DNA of 64,000 nt from Squalus acanthias (taxonomy: Eukaryota), in the NCBI GenBank assembly GCA_030390025.1, contig CM059432.1, positions 107,944,001 through 108,008,000 of the forward strand, given 5' to 3'. Below, in pieces: positions 1 to 12,589 of this stretch. A program made the position numbers and the translations under genes. Below the pieces are notes generated by a model. The model ran no database searches. It had not been told where the DNA came from and saw only the letters and a list, made by a program, of their open reading frames with translations. Position 1 is the stretch's first letter. Each line of letters begins with the position of its first letter.

Positions 1-399
1 ATGCACAGATCAACTGAGAGTAAAGCAGCCATAGACATAGTATAGTACTTGTACCAAGTATTCCATGTCCAGTGACACTAATATGTAACTAAACAGCTTC
101 GAAATGCAGACTCAGTAAGAAAGATAACAGAAATGCTGAGGAATCTGACTCAAATACACTTAATCAGAAGGCTGGCATTCACAACACCAAAATAAAATCA
201 AAGGAAAGATTCTCTGTCTAAAATTTGAGTGTCCACGGCACCAGCTGGGTTCGTTGGTCACTTTCAAAACTAACAAGGATTCCATCGGTTCCGAGCCAAT
301 TTGTTTGGTTTCCCTTGGTTTTACTTCAGTGCCAACACTGGTGAATTACTATTACTGTGCGAAGTCACAGTTCACTATCTTGTCCTGTTTAACCTCTAT

Positions 400-900
400 G
401 AACTTCTCTACCTCCTTATTTCCTACATACCTAGAGCTTACTTACCCTTCCAAACTGACGACTCTACTCCCTTGCTTTCCCTTCCCCTGCCATATTAGTT
501 TGAACCCACCCCCAAAGCTGTAGTCAACCTACCCAGGAGCATTCTGATCCCAGCTCTCTTCAGCTGCAGACTGTCCATTGGTACATCTTGCTCCTGCCCC
601 AGAGCTACATCCAATGACCCAGCAATTTGAACCCTTGCCTCCTACACTGTGTCTATAAACATGCATTTACCTCCCTTATCAGGCTAGTATATACTGGCTA
701 GCATGGTGCACTGGTAGTCATCTTGAGATTATACTTTTGAGGTCCTGCTACTGACGCTACCTCTTAATTTGCGGAACTGTTTTTCTGCAGAACCTGTATC
801 CTATTCTACTCTATGTCATTAGTTCCGACATAAACCATGACTTCAGGCCGACCCCATTCCTTCTCCAAGACCTTCTGCACTTGCCCCACTTTGTCCTCTA
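400..900 (-). mobile_element. Old degraded CR1 fragment (ORF1 end / inter-ORF region)
   Basis: cccctgccatattagtttgaaccc resembles ccccctgccattttagtttaaaccc at 36481 in the longer CR1. Confidence 0.5.
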
Positions 901-975
901 CCTTGGCACCTTGGAGACTCACTCTCACAAAACTTCAGTGTTAACTAAGAACTTTACTGAGAAGGCTGACCTTAC

Positions 976-1034
976 CTCGCACGCTTCTTGTGCTCCTGAT
1001 TTCGATGCCTCTGCCATCACTGCCAGCTCTGTAG
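976..1034 (-). CDS. Candidate exon (A)TELAVMAEASKSGAQEACE; 5' boundary uncertain
   Basis: Consensus donor GAG|gtaagg at 976/975. Ala/Glu-rich peptide like the AMPH linker. Several possible acceptors (exon start 1034, 1063 or 1094). Confidence 0.4.
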
Positions 1035-1160
1035 CTGCAAACTCATCAAAAAAATGTCCTCTTCTGCAGCGGGCAGGGGGTGAGGGGTGATGTTCTGTCG
1101 GGTAGCTGACTGAGGCAAGCATGTGCCAGCCATAAAGGGGTAAAGGGAGTGTATGCTCAC

Positions 1161-1170
1161 CGTTGATATC
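1161..1170 (-). CDS. Candidate 10-nt micro-exon (GAT ATC AAC G)
   Basis: cacccactttag|GATATCAACG|gtgagc. Its phase-1 end would fit the candidate exon at 976-1034. Confidence 0.25.
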
Positions 1171-1315
1171 CTAAAGTGGGTGTACAGTTTAACCAGCCCG
1201 ATCGTACGGGGATAAGACAAAAGTGTTCAAGTTATGGGCCGGTGGCACTGGCATCTCCCAGAGCAGCTTGCCTTCACCTAATTTTCTGGCTCCCTTGCTC
1301 ACTATGGGCAGCCAT

Positions 1316-4005
1316 GAAACATAGAAACATAGAAGATAGGAGCAGGAGTAGGCCATTCGGCCCCTCGACCCTGCTCCGCCATTCAATGAGATCATGGCTG
1401 ATCATCCAAACTCAGTACCCTGTACCTGCCTTCTCCCCATATCCCTTGATACCTTTAGCTTTACGAAATATATCTAACTCATTCTTGAATATATTTAATG
1501 ACTTGGCCTCAACTACCTTCTGTGGTAGAGAATTCCACAGGTTCACCACTCTCTGGGTGAAGAAATTCTTCCTCATCTCTGTCCGAAATGGCTTACCCCT
1601 TATCCTTAGATTATGACCCCTGGTTCTGGACTCTCCGACCATCGGGAACATTCTTCCTGCATCTAGTTTGTCCAGACCGGTCAGAATTTTATATGTTTCG
1701 ATGAGATCCCCTCTCATTCTTCTATACTCCAGCGAGTATAAGCCCAATCGACCCAATCTCTCCTCATAGGTCATTCCTGCCATCTCAGGTATCAGCCTTG
1801 TGAATCTTCGCTGAACTCCCTCCATGGCAAGAACATCCTTCCTCAGATAAGGCGACCAATACTGCACACAATACTCAAGGTGTGGTCTCACCAAGGCCCT
1901 GTACAACTGCAGCAGGACATCCCTGTTCCTATACTCAAACCCTTTCGCTATGAAGGCCAACATACCATTTGCCTTCTTCACCGCCTGCTGCACCTGCATG
2001 CTTACCTTCAGCGACTGGTGCACAAGGACACCCAGGTCTCGTTGCACTTCCCCTTCTCCCAATCTATTGCCATTCAGATAATAGTCTGCCTTTCTGTTTT
2101 TGACACCAAAGTGGATAACCTCGCATTTATCCACGTTATATTGCATCTGCCACGCTTCTGCCCACTCACCCAACCTGTCCAAATCATCCTGGAGTTTCTC
2201 GGTATCCTCCTCGCAGCACACACTCCCACCAAGCTTTGTGTCATCTGCAAACTTGGAGATATTACATTTAGTTCCCTTATCTAGATCATTAATGTATATT
2301 GTGAATAGCTGGGGTCCAAGGTCCGATCCCTGCGGTACCCCGCTAGTCACTGCTTGCCACTCGGAAAAAGACCCATTAATTCCTACTCTTTGCTTTCTGT
2401 CCGCCAACCAGTTCTCTATCCAAGTCAATACCTTGCCCCCAATCCCATGTGCCTTAACTTTACACGCTAATCTCTTATGCGGGACCTTATCGAAAGCCTT
2501 TTGAAAGTCCAAATACACCACATCTACTGGTTCTCCCTTATCTATTTTCCCAGTTACATCCTCAAAAAATTCCAGTAGATTAGTCAAGCACGATTTACCT
2601 TTTGTAAATCCATGTTGACTTTGTCCGATCCTGTCACTGTTTTTCAAGTGCTCAGCTATTACATCCTTTATAATGGACTCTAGCATTTCCCCCACTACCG
2701 ATGTCAGGCTTACCGGTCTGTAATTCCCCGCTTTCTCTCTACCACCCTTTTTGAATAGTGGGGTAACATTAGCTACCCTCCAATCCATGGGTACAGTTCC
2801 AGATTCCATCGAATGTTGGAAGATGATCAGCAATGCCTCTACTATTTCTAGGGCCACTTCCTTAAGTACCCTAGGATGTAGATTATCAGGCCCTGGGGAT
2901 TTATCAGCCTTCAATCCCGTCAATTTCCCTAACACCATTTCCCTGCAAATACTGATTTCTTTCAGTTCCTCCCTTTCATCAGACCGTATGTTCTCCAGCA
3001 TCTCTGGGAGGTTATTTGTGTCCTCCTTTGTGAAGACAGAACCAAAATATGCATTTAATTGGTCTGCCATTTCTTTGTTCCCCATTATAACTTCCCCCGC
3101 TTCTGACTGCAAGGGACCTACACTTGATTTCACTAATCTTTTTCTCTTCACATATCTATAAAAGCTCTTACAGTCAGTTTTTATGTTCCCTGCAAGCTTA
3201 CTTTCATATTCTATTTTCCCCTTCTTAATTAATCCCTTTGTCCTCCTTTGTTGAATCCTAAACTGCTCCCAATCCTCAGGGTTACCGCTTTTTCTGACCA
3301 ATTTATAAGCCCTCTCCTTGGATCTTATGCTATCCCTAATTTCCCTTGTTAGCCACGGTTGAGTCACCCTTTTTTGTTTTATTCTTATGCCACACTGGGA
3401 TGAACAAATTCTGTAGTTCATCCATGCAGTCTTTGAATGTTTACCATTGCCTATCCACCGTCAACCCTTTGAGTGACATTCCCCAATCAATCCTACCCAA
3501 TTCGCGCCTCATACCATCGTAGTTTCCTTTATTTAAATTCAGGACCCTGGTCTCTGATTCAACTACTTCACTCTCCATCCTAATGAAGAATTCTATCATA
3601 TTATGATCACTCTGACCCAAGGGGCCTCGTACAACAAGATTGCTAATTAATCCTTTCTCGTTACATAATACCCAGTCTAAGATGGCCTGATCTCTGGTTG
3701 GTTCCTCGACATATTGTTCCAGAAAACCATCCCGTAAACATTCTAGGAATTCCTCCTCCACAGTATTTTTACTAATTTGGCTAGCCCAATTTATATGTAA
3801 ATTAAAGTCACCCATGATGACTGCTGTGCCCTTACTGCATGCTTCTCTAATTTCCCTTTTAATGCCGTCCCCAACCTCCGTATTACTGTTTGGAGGTCTA
3901 TATACCACTCCCACTAACGTTTTCTGCCCCTTGTTATTTCTCAGTTCTACCCATACAGATTCCGCATCATCAGAGCTAATATCCTTCCTTTCAATTGTGT
4001 TAATC
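1316..4005 (-). mobile_element. CR1 LINE 'A', 5'-truncated, ORF2 (APE endonuclease + reverse transcriptase) disrupted near 3420-3443
   Basis: GDFN, SDH, YLDFQKAFDKV, GVPQGS and FADD motifs. (CTATGTTT)n 3' tail with hairpin. In-frame stop at 3441. Confidence 0.96.
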
Positions 4006-4879
4006 CCCCCACAGTACCATACAGAAACTGGGGAAGATCCCCTTGGTTACAGTTTGGCTCAATTCTGCTGCCTGGGAGGTTGGTATGCGGCTTTCAATAG
4101 TGAAACCAGCCACCAAGCAGATCCCAGGTCAGGGTTGAGGAAACTCCGAGGCCTGGGAGGCCCTTTAACCCTGCGCACGCACCCTTTGACATGGGGTGGA
4201 AACTCTGGCGGGGTAGGCAGAATGGTGGGCACATGCCTGCACTTACTCTGGGATCACAGGCGTGCATTTAAAGGCCCTCAGTGATTACAGTGGGGAGGCA
4301 TTTGTATTTTTATTTGGAGTGCATATAAAGGTGAACTTCAACTTTGGTTATGAGAGCTGAATTTTTCATTTTTGTTTTTTGCAGGTTGTTGCTTTTTGGA
4401 GGTCTTGGTCCCTTTGGAGATCTTAGGAGATGTTTAGCAGCACAATTTGTTATTGTTACATGTGTGTACGTTAAACCCTACCCCGGAAACCTACCTGCGC
4501 ACACTTTGGTGCTATTTTGCATAACATTAATCTGATTCTTGTCATCACACTCAAAAATACCAAAATATACGCCAGTTTAGTTTTACATTTACGCATTTTA
4601 TACAAGGGGGAAAGTGACCACAAATGGAAAGTTTCCAGCTGAAGATGATTGACTGACTTTCACTAGGAACTGAATTACTCATTTCTGGGAGCAGATAGAT
4701 CTTGTGTCAAGCACAAGATAAACTGGAAAATATAGCATACGCCATTTTTACAACCAGCTATGTGACATTCAGGATAACATGACGATTATAATACAAGTCT
4801 AAAAGGTTCATCACTTGCTGCACTTTCACCTGTTAATAACCACTCACTCACTCAGTTGCTCACAGTGATTACTGCACTG

Positions 4880-5150
4880 TTTCATAGGAACAGGAGCAGG
4901 CCATTCAAAACCTCAAGCCTGTTCCGCCATTCAATTAGATCATGGCTGATCTGTACCTTAACTCCGCCTTTGCTCCATATCCCTTGATACCCTTACCTGA
5001 CAAAAATCTATCCATCTCTGTCTTGCAAATTACAATTGTCCCAGCATCCACAGCCTTTTAGGGGAGAGAGTTGCACATTTCCACCAACCTTTGTGTGAAG
5101 AAGTGCTTCTTGATTTCATTCCTAAATGGCCTGGCTCTAATTATAAAGTT
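4880..5150 (-). mobile_element. Degraded CR1 3' fragment (also ~17340-17610 and ~27168-27440)
   Basis: caggccattc...cctgttccgccattcaattagatcatggctgatc CR1 3' UTR motif. Confidence 0.8.
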
Positions 5151-5431
5151 ATGTACTCAATTCAATGTCACCAGCTTTAATTCATTTATCCCACTGGTCA
5201 GTGTTGAAACAATGGTAATGGAGAGCATACTGAGGATACTGGCTATTGAGGAGTAAAAGATACAGTCCAAGTCTTCAGCAAGTACTGCTGAAGATTATAG
5301 ACCTCATTATGCTCTTCATATTCATTCAGAACAAGCCAGCTATTCCCACTCCACAAACTTCTTAATCAAAAAATGAAAATATAAACCATCAATCTCTAAA
5401 ATCACTAAAATAATTTTATTTATGAAGATGG

Positions 5432-5857
5432 TTTTAAATTAATTCTCGGGATGTGGGCATTGCTGGCATGGGCAGCATTTATTGTCCATCCTAATTGCCC
5501 TGAGAAGGTGGTGATGAGCTGCCTTTTTGAAGTGGTTTGATACAACTGAGTGGGTCACTAGGCTACTTCAGAGGGCAGTTAAGGGTTAACCATGTTGGTG
5601 CGGGTCTGGAGTCAAATGTAGGCCAGACTGGTTAAGAATGGCAGGTTTCCTTCCCTAAAAGGACATTAGTGAACCAGTTTTTACAACAATCCAGTGGCTT
5701 CATGGTCACTTTTACTGATATCAGCTTTTTATTTCCAGTTTAAAAAAAAATGAATTCAAATTCTCAAACTGCCATGGTGGGATTTGTACTCAAATTCTCT
5801 GGATTATTAGTCCAGGCCTACTGGATTGCTAGTCCAGTAACAGAATCACTACATCAC
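5432..5857 (-). mobile_element. tRNA-derived SINE, HE1-like (also ~17903-18328 and ~27731-28156)
   Basis: tRNA-like head near 5770-5857. 3' tail (gggatgtgggc...gcatttattg.ccatcc.taattgccc) is shared with the LINE at 44628. Confidence 0.65.
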
Positions 5858-5877
5858 CATATCCAAATCAAGTTTAC

Positions 5878-7273
5878 AATAACAAAATACTGCGAATGCT
5901 GGAAATCTGAAATAAAAACAGAAAATGCTGGAAATACTCAGCAGGTCAGGCAGCATCTGTGGAGAGAGAAACAGAGTTAACGTTTCAGGTCAATGACCCT
6001 TCGTCAGAACTGGAAAAAGCTGGAGATGTAACAGGCTTTAAGCACGTGCAGGGGCAGGGAAAGGGGGAGGGGAGGAAAGAACAAAAGGGAAGGTCTGTGA
6101 TAGGGTGGAAGGCAGGAGAGATAAATGACAAAAGGTATGATGGTGCAAGGCGAAAGGAGATGGTAATGGGAAAAGTAAAGAAACAAAAGATGGGTCGAGA
6201 GTAAGTGTAAATGGGAATGGCAGAATCATTAACAACAGCTGCTGTCCGAAAAAATGGGGGCAGTGATTATGATCTGAAATTGTTGAACTCAGTGTTGTGT
6301 CTGAAAGGCTGTAAAGTGCCTAATCAAAAGAGGAGGTGCTGTTCCTTGAGCTTACATTGAGTTCATTGGAACAGTGTAGGAGGCTGAGGTCAGAGTGGGA
6401 GTGGGGTGGAGAATTCAAATGACAGGCGACCAGAAGCTCGGGGTCACGCTAGCGGACTGAACGGAGCTGTTCGGCAAAGCGATCACCCAATCTGTGTTTG
6501 GTCTCCCCAGTGTAGAGAGACCACATCGTGAGCAGCGATTACAGTATACTAAATTGAAAGAAGTACAAGTAAATTTCTGTTTCACCTGGAAGGGACCGTT
6601 CCCTCCGCGACACCCTGGTCCATTCTTCAATTACCCCAAAAAACAACCCCTTTCCACGGGACCTTCCCGTGCAAGCGCAGGAGATGCAACACCTGCCCTT
6701 TGACCACTTCCCTTCCCACCATCCAGGGCCCCAAACACTTCATTCAGTCACCCATCATTTTAATTCTCCACCCCACTCCCACTCTGACATCTCTTTCCTT
6801 GGCCTCCTAATCTGTTCCAATGAAGCTCAACGTAAGCTTGAGGAACAGCACCTCATCTTTCGATTAGGCACTTTACAACCTTCCGGACTCAATATTGAGT
6901 TCAACAATTTCAGATCAATATCACTGCCCCCACTTTTTCCAGACAGCAGCTGTTGCTAATGATTCTGCTATTCCCACTTATACTTACTCTAGACCCATTT
7001 TTTGTTTCCTTACTTGTCCAATTACCACCCCTTTTGCCTTGCACCATCATCCCTTTTGTCATTTAATCTCTCCTGCCTTCCACCCTATCACAGACCTTCC
7101 CTTTAGTTTTTTCCTTCCCTCCCCCCTTTCCCTACTTGCTTAAAACCTGTTACATCTGTAACATTTTCCAGTTCTAACGAAGTGTCATCAACTTGAAACG
7201 TTAACTCTGTTTCTCTCTCCACAGATACTGCCTGACCTGCTGAGTATTTCCAGCATTTTCTGTTTTTATTTCA
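5878..7273. mobile_element. Penelope-like retroelement remnant made of two inverted 3' halves (GIY-YIG end + pLTR), unit 1
   Basis: 5900-6590 and 6590-7273 are partly reverse complements. Peptide remnants NLVYCNRCSRCG and QRKLEEQHLIFRLGTLQPSGLN. Homologous to 58776-60437. Confidence 0.88.
5976..6010 (-). ncRNA. Minimal hammerhead ribozyme motif (identical copies at 18447-18481 and 28275-28309)
   Basis: CUGACGA-AG-GGUC-AUU-GACC-U-GAAA-CGUUA: both core boxes, stem II and the palindromic AACGUU stem III typical of Penelope pLTR hammerheads. Confidence 0.72.
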
Positions 7274-7302
7274 AGTTTCACATGATCCAGTGTGATGGAA
7301 TA

Positions 7303-10288
7303 AGAACATAAGAACATAAGAAATAGGAGCAGGAGTAGGCCAATCGGCCCTTCGAGCCTGCTCCGCCATTCAATAAGATCATGGCTGATCTGATCCTCAC
7401 CTCAAATCTAAAGAACACAAGAAGTAGGAGCAGGACCCGGCCACTCAGCCCCTGGGCCCGCTACGCCACCCACAGGGCCTCGACCGATCCGAACTCAGCC
7501 TCATGTCCAATTTCCTGCCCGCTCCCCGTAACCCCTAATTCCCTTTACTTCTAGGAAACTGTCTATTTCTGTTTTAAATTTATTTAATGATGTAGCTTCC
7601 ACAGCTTCCTGGGGCAGCAAATTCCACAGACCTACTACCCTCTGAGTGAAGAAGTTTCTCCTCATCTCAGTTTTGAAAGAGCAGCCCCTTATTCTAAGAT
7701 TATGCCCCCTAGTTCTAGTTTCACCCATCCTTGGGAACATCCTTAACGCATCCACCCGATCAAGCCCCTTCACAATCTTATATGTTTCAATAAGATCGCC
7801 TCTCATTCTTCTGAACTCCAATGAGTAGAGTCCCAATCTACTCAACCTCTCCTCGTATGTCCACCCCCTCATCCCGGGGATTAACCGAGTGAACCTTCTT
7901 TGTACTGCCTCGAGAGCAAGTATGTCTTTTCTTAAGTATGGACACCAAAACTGTATGCAGTATTCCAGATGCGGTCTCACCAATACCTTATATAACTGCA
8001 GCAATACCTCCCTGTTTTTATAATCTATCCCCCTAGCAATAAAAGCCAACATTCCGTTGGCCTTCTTGATCACCTGCTGCACCTGCATACTAAGTTTTTG
8101 ATTTTCTTGCACTAGGACCCCCAGATCCCTTTGTACTGCAGTACTTTCCAGTTTCTCGCCATTAAGATAATACCTTGCTCTCTGATTTTTCCTGCCAAAG
8201 TGCATAACCTCACATTTTCCAATATTGTATTGCATCTGCCAAATCTCTGCCCACTCACCCAGCTTGTCTATATCCCCTTGTAGGTTTTTTATGTCCTCCT
8301 CACTTTCTACTTTCCCTCCCATCTTTGTATCATCTGCAAACTTTGATATGTTACACTCGGTCCCCTCCTCCAAATCGTTAATATAGATTGTAAAGAGTTG
8401 GGGACCCAGCACCGACCCCTGCGGAACACCACTGGCTACTGGTTGCCAGTCCGAGAATGAACCATTTATCCCAACTCTCTGCTTCCTGTTAGATAACCAA
8501 TCCTCCACCCATGCCAGAATATTCCCCCCAATCCAGTGATTTTTTATCTTGAGCAATAATCTTTTATGTGGCACCTTGTCGAATGCCTTCTGGAAGTCTA
8601 AATACACTACGTCCATTGGTTCCCCTTTATCCACCCTGTACGTTATGTCCTCAAAGAACTCAAGCAAATTTGTCAGACATGATTTCCCCTTCATAAAGCC
8701 ATGCTGACTTTGTCCTATCAAATTATGTTTATCTAAATGTTCCGTTACTGTCTCCTTAATAATAGACTCCAAAATTTTACTCACCACAGATGTTAGACTA
8801 ACTGGTCTATAATTTCCAGCTTTCTGCCTACTACCCTTTTTAAATAAGGGTGTTACATTAGCAGTTTTCCAATCTGCCGGGACCTTTGCTGATTCCAGGG
8901 AATTTTGGAAAATTATTACCAAAGCATCCACAATCCCTTTTGCCACTTTCCTCAAGACCCTAGGATGTAAGCCATCAGGTCCAGGGGATTTATCCGCCTT
9001 GAGTCCCTTTATTTTACTGAGTACCAATTCCTTAGTGATTTTAATCGTATTAAGCTCCTCCCCCCCTAGAGCCCCCTGTTTGTCCAGTGTTGGGATATTC
9101 TTAGTGTCCTCTACCGTAAAGACTGAAACAAAATATTTGTTCAGCATTTTTGCCATCTCCATGTTTCCCACCATTAATTTCCCGGTCTCATCCTCTAAGG
9201 GACCTACGTTTGCCTTAGCCACCCTTTTTCTTTTTATATAACTATAGAAACTCTTGCTATCTGTTTTTATATTTTTTGCTAATTTATTTTCATAATCTAT
9301 CTTCCCTTTCTTAATCAATCCTTTAGTTACTTTTTGCTGTCTTTTGAAGACTTCCCAATCTTCTATCCTCCCACTAAGTTTGGCTACCTTATATGTCCTT
9401 GTTTTTAGTTGGATACTATCCTTAATTTCTTTACTTAGCCACAGATGGCAGTCATTTCTTTTACACCCTTTTTTCCTCAGTGGAATATATATTTTTTGAA
9501 AATTGTAAAATAACTCCTTAAATGAACACCACTGCTCATGTACCGTCTTACCCTTTAATCTATTTTCCCAGTCCACTTTAATCAATTCCGCTCTCATACC
9601 ATCATAGTCTCCTTTATTCAAGCTCAGTACGCTTGTCTGAGAACCAATCTTCTCACCCTCTAATTGGATATGGAATTCAACCATGTTATGGTCACTCATT
9701 CCAAGGGGATCCTTAACTAGGACATTATTAATTAATCCTGACTCATTACACAGGACCAGGTCCAAAGTTGCTTGCCCCCTTGTAGGATCAGTTACATACT
9801 GCTCAAGAAATCCATCCCTAATACACTCAATAAACTCTTCCTCAAGGCTGCCCTGCCCAATTTGATTTGTCCAGTTAATATGATAGTTAAAATCCCCCAT
9901 AATTATAGCTGTTCCCTTATTACATGCCCCAACTATTTCCTGATTAATACTTCTTCCAGCAGAGTTGCAACTATTAGGAGGCCTATATACTACTCCCACT
10001 AGTGTTTTTTTCCTTTTATTATTCCTTATCTCCACCCAAACTGTTTCATTATCCTGATCCTTTGACCCAATATCATTTCTCTGTAATACAGTGATTCCTT
10101 CCTTTATTAACATAGCTACCCCACCTCCTCTTCCTTCCTGTCTGTCCTTCCCGATTGTTAAATACCCTGGCATATTTAATTCCCAGTCGTTGTCACCCTG
10201 CAGCCATGTTTCTGTAATGGCCACAAGATCATACCCATACGTAGTTATTTGTACCGTCAATTCGTCTATTTTGTTACGAATGCTGCGT
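7303..10288 (-). mobile_element. Young CR1 LINE with an uninterrupted ORF2 lacking only its first few codons; present in unit 1 only
   Basis: Stop-free from RSIRNK to ERAGNWT. (CTTATGTT)n tail. TSD GAATA at 7298-7302 and 10289-10293. Empty site gatggaatactc seen at ~19780 and ~29602. Confidence 0.97.
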
Positions 10289-10938
10289 GAATACTCTCCA
10301 CTTGCCTGGATGAGTGCAGCTCCAACAACACTCAAGAAGCTCGACACCATCCAGGACAAGGCAGCCGCTTGATTGGCACCCCATCTACCACCTTAAACAT
10401 TCACTCCCTCCACCACTGGCGTACCGTGGCTGCAGTGTGTACCATCTACAAGATGCACTGCAGCAACTCGCCAAGGCTTCTTCGGCAGTACCTCCCAAAC
10501 CCGCGACCTCTACCACCTAGAAGGACAAGGGCAGCAGGCGCATGGGAACACCACCACCTCCAAGTTCCCCTCCAAGTCACACACCATCCTGACTTGGAAA
10601 TATATCGCCGATCCTTCATTGTTGCTGGGTCAAAATCCTGGAACTCCCTCCTAACAGCACTGTGGGAGTACCTTCACCACATGGACTGCAGCGGTTCAAG
10701 AAGGCAGCTCAACACCAAGGGCAATTAGGTATGGGCAATAAATGCTGGCCTTGCCAGCAAGTCCCACATCCCATAAACGAATAAAACAAAATGATCTGCT
10801 AAAAACTAATATTACAAACATTATCACACTTCAACTCTTTAAGGCACACTATGCAGCCAGCAGAACAAAAGGTTTGAAGACGAGACTGCCGATAGTGAGA
10901 TTATGGAATGAGAAAGCTCCAGAGGAAATGTGACTCAC

Positions 10939-11001
10939 CACTGTATCAAACACGCTTTGGTTGGACAGCTCTGCGGTTCCCTCAGTGATACCAGCATCCA
11001 G
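10939..11001 (-). CDS. AMPH: 63-nt exon LDAGITEGTAELSNQSVFDTV, copy 1
   Basis: Identical to copies 2 and 3, including the acceptor and donor. Confidence 0.65.
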
Positions 11002-11299
11002 CTTTAAAAAGGAGACATCAAAAGGAAAAGTGTGTGTCAGAAGAAGAAAGGAATACAGGGGGGGAAAAAATCTCACCAGGCAGGCCTGAGACACTTGTGA
11101 ATCTGTTAAACTAATCTATGTAATAGCTCTCAAGGATTAATCAGATTGTGTAATACAGGGTAAGGAGCACAGCTGGAAGACACTTCCATGTGTCAGAAGC
11201 TCATTAATATTCATCTGCACAAGCTCCAGCACTGTATGATCTGCAGGAATCCTTAGTCAGAGACAACTGGCCTCCAAAAAGATGAAACGCTATTAAGTG

Positions 11300-11730
11300 T
11301 CAGAGTTGGTATGCATTCTCACCTCTGAGTCACAAGGCTGTGGGTCCAAGCCAAACTCCAAGATTAAAGCATGTAATCTAAGGCGATACTTCAATACAAT
11401 ACTGAGGGAGGGCTGCATTGTTACAGGTGCTGTTTCGCAGATGAGATGTTGACCCCATGACCCCCACCTGTCTGCTCAAGGTGAATGTAAAAGGTCCTGT
11501 GGCACTATTCATAGAGGAGCAGGGAGTTCTTCTGACAACATATCCAACATTCATCGCTCACCAAACACCAGCAAAACAGGTCAATTGGCCATTCATCTTG
11601 TTGCTTTTTGCGGGACCTTACCGTGTGCAAGTTGGCTGCAGTGTTTATCTATATAACAACAATGACTACACTTCATTGGCTGTAAAGCAATTTGGGACAC
11701 CCTGAGGATTTGAAATGTTCTTTCTTCTTT
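11300..11730 (+). mobile_element. tRNA-derived Deu-type SINE (SacSINE1-like), degraded (also ~21129-21559 and ~30951-31381)
   Basis: Homologous to the reverse complement of 40915-41375. Confidence 0.65.
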
Positions 11731-11769
11731 TCTAACTGATCAAAACAGTTAAAAAAAATGACAAATTAA

Positions 11770-12290
11770 AAAGTGTTTTTTGAATAAACGGATAAAGGGA
11801 TGCAGTAGATTTGTGCACGAAATTTCAGAAGACGTCCAATAAGGTGTTGCACAAGAGGTTGTTAGAAAATTCAAGTATACGGAATAAGAGGAAAAGTGGA
11901 ATATGGATAGAAAGTTGGTTGACGGACAGAAAACCAAAACATAGTGTACTGGGCGTTGCTCGGATTGGAGAAGCATTGGAAGTGGTGTACTCTAGGGTAC
12001 AGTGCTGGGCCCAGTCGGTATATACAGATGACTTGGACTTGGGAATAGAGAGCACAATCTCAAACTTTGCTGACAACACAAAAATAATACATTTTGGGAG
12101 GAAAAACAAGGAATGGGAGTATAAAATCAATGGAAAGGCATTGAATGATGTGGATGAACAGAGAGACCTAGGGGTTCAAATACATTATTCTCTGAAAATG
12201 TGAGTACGGGTAGATAAAGCTATAAAAAAGGACAACAGCATCTTGGGTTTTATAAACAGGGTCACTGAATTCAAGAGTAAAGCAATTATG
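11770..12290 (+). mobile_element. Old CR1 reverse transcriptase fragment (also ~21600-22120 and ~31420-31945)
   Basis: Remnant peptide WIESWLTDRK...ISNFADNTK...IHFGRKN...QRDLGVQ. Confidence 0.8.
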
Positions 12291-12589
12291 ATTTTTTGGG
12301 GAAAAATTGTGTAGTGTAGTGGTTATGTTACTGGATTCATAATCCAGAGAGTGTGATTTCAAATTCCACCATGAGAGAATGGAACAGAGAGAAAGAAATG
12401 GAGAGAATGGAAGAGAGAGAAAGGAACAGAGAGAAAAGAACAGAGCGAATGGAACAGAACCATGCAAAAAAAACTTGAAAAGCTGAACCAAAGTGAAGTA
12501 ATTAAAATGTATTTTAGTGATTTATTGCTATGGGGATAATATACAAATACAGTGGCAGATGAAATCTGAGATGCTTATTTTTTGAAATA

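Noticed and set aside
1880..3161. Recurring ~135-aa plus-strand ORFs within CR1 copies
   Set aside because: Antisense shadows of CR1 ORF2.
10289..10359. N-terminus of the 952-aa ORF as a genuine CR1 start
   Set aside because: It lies outside the TSD and is the antisense strand of the HER1-like host fragment.
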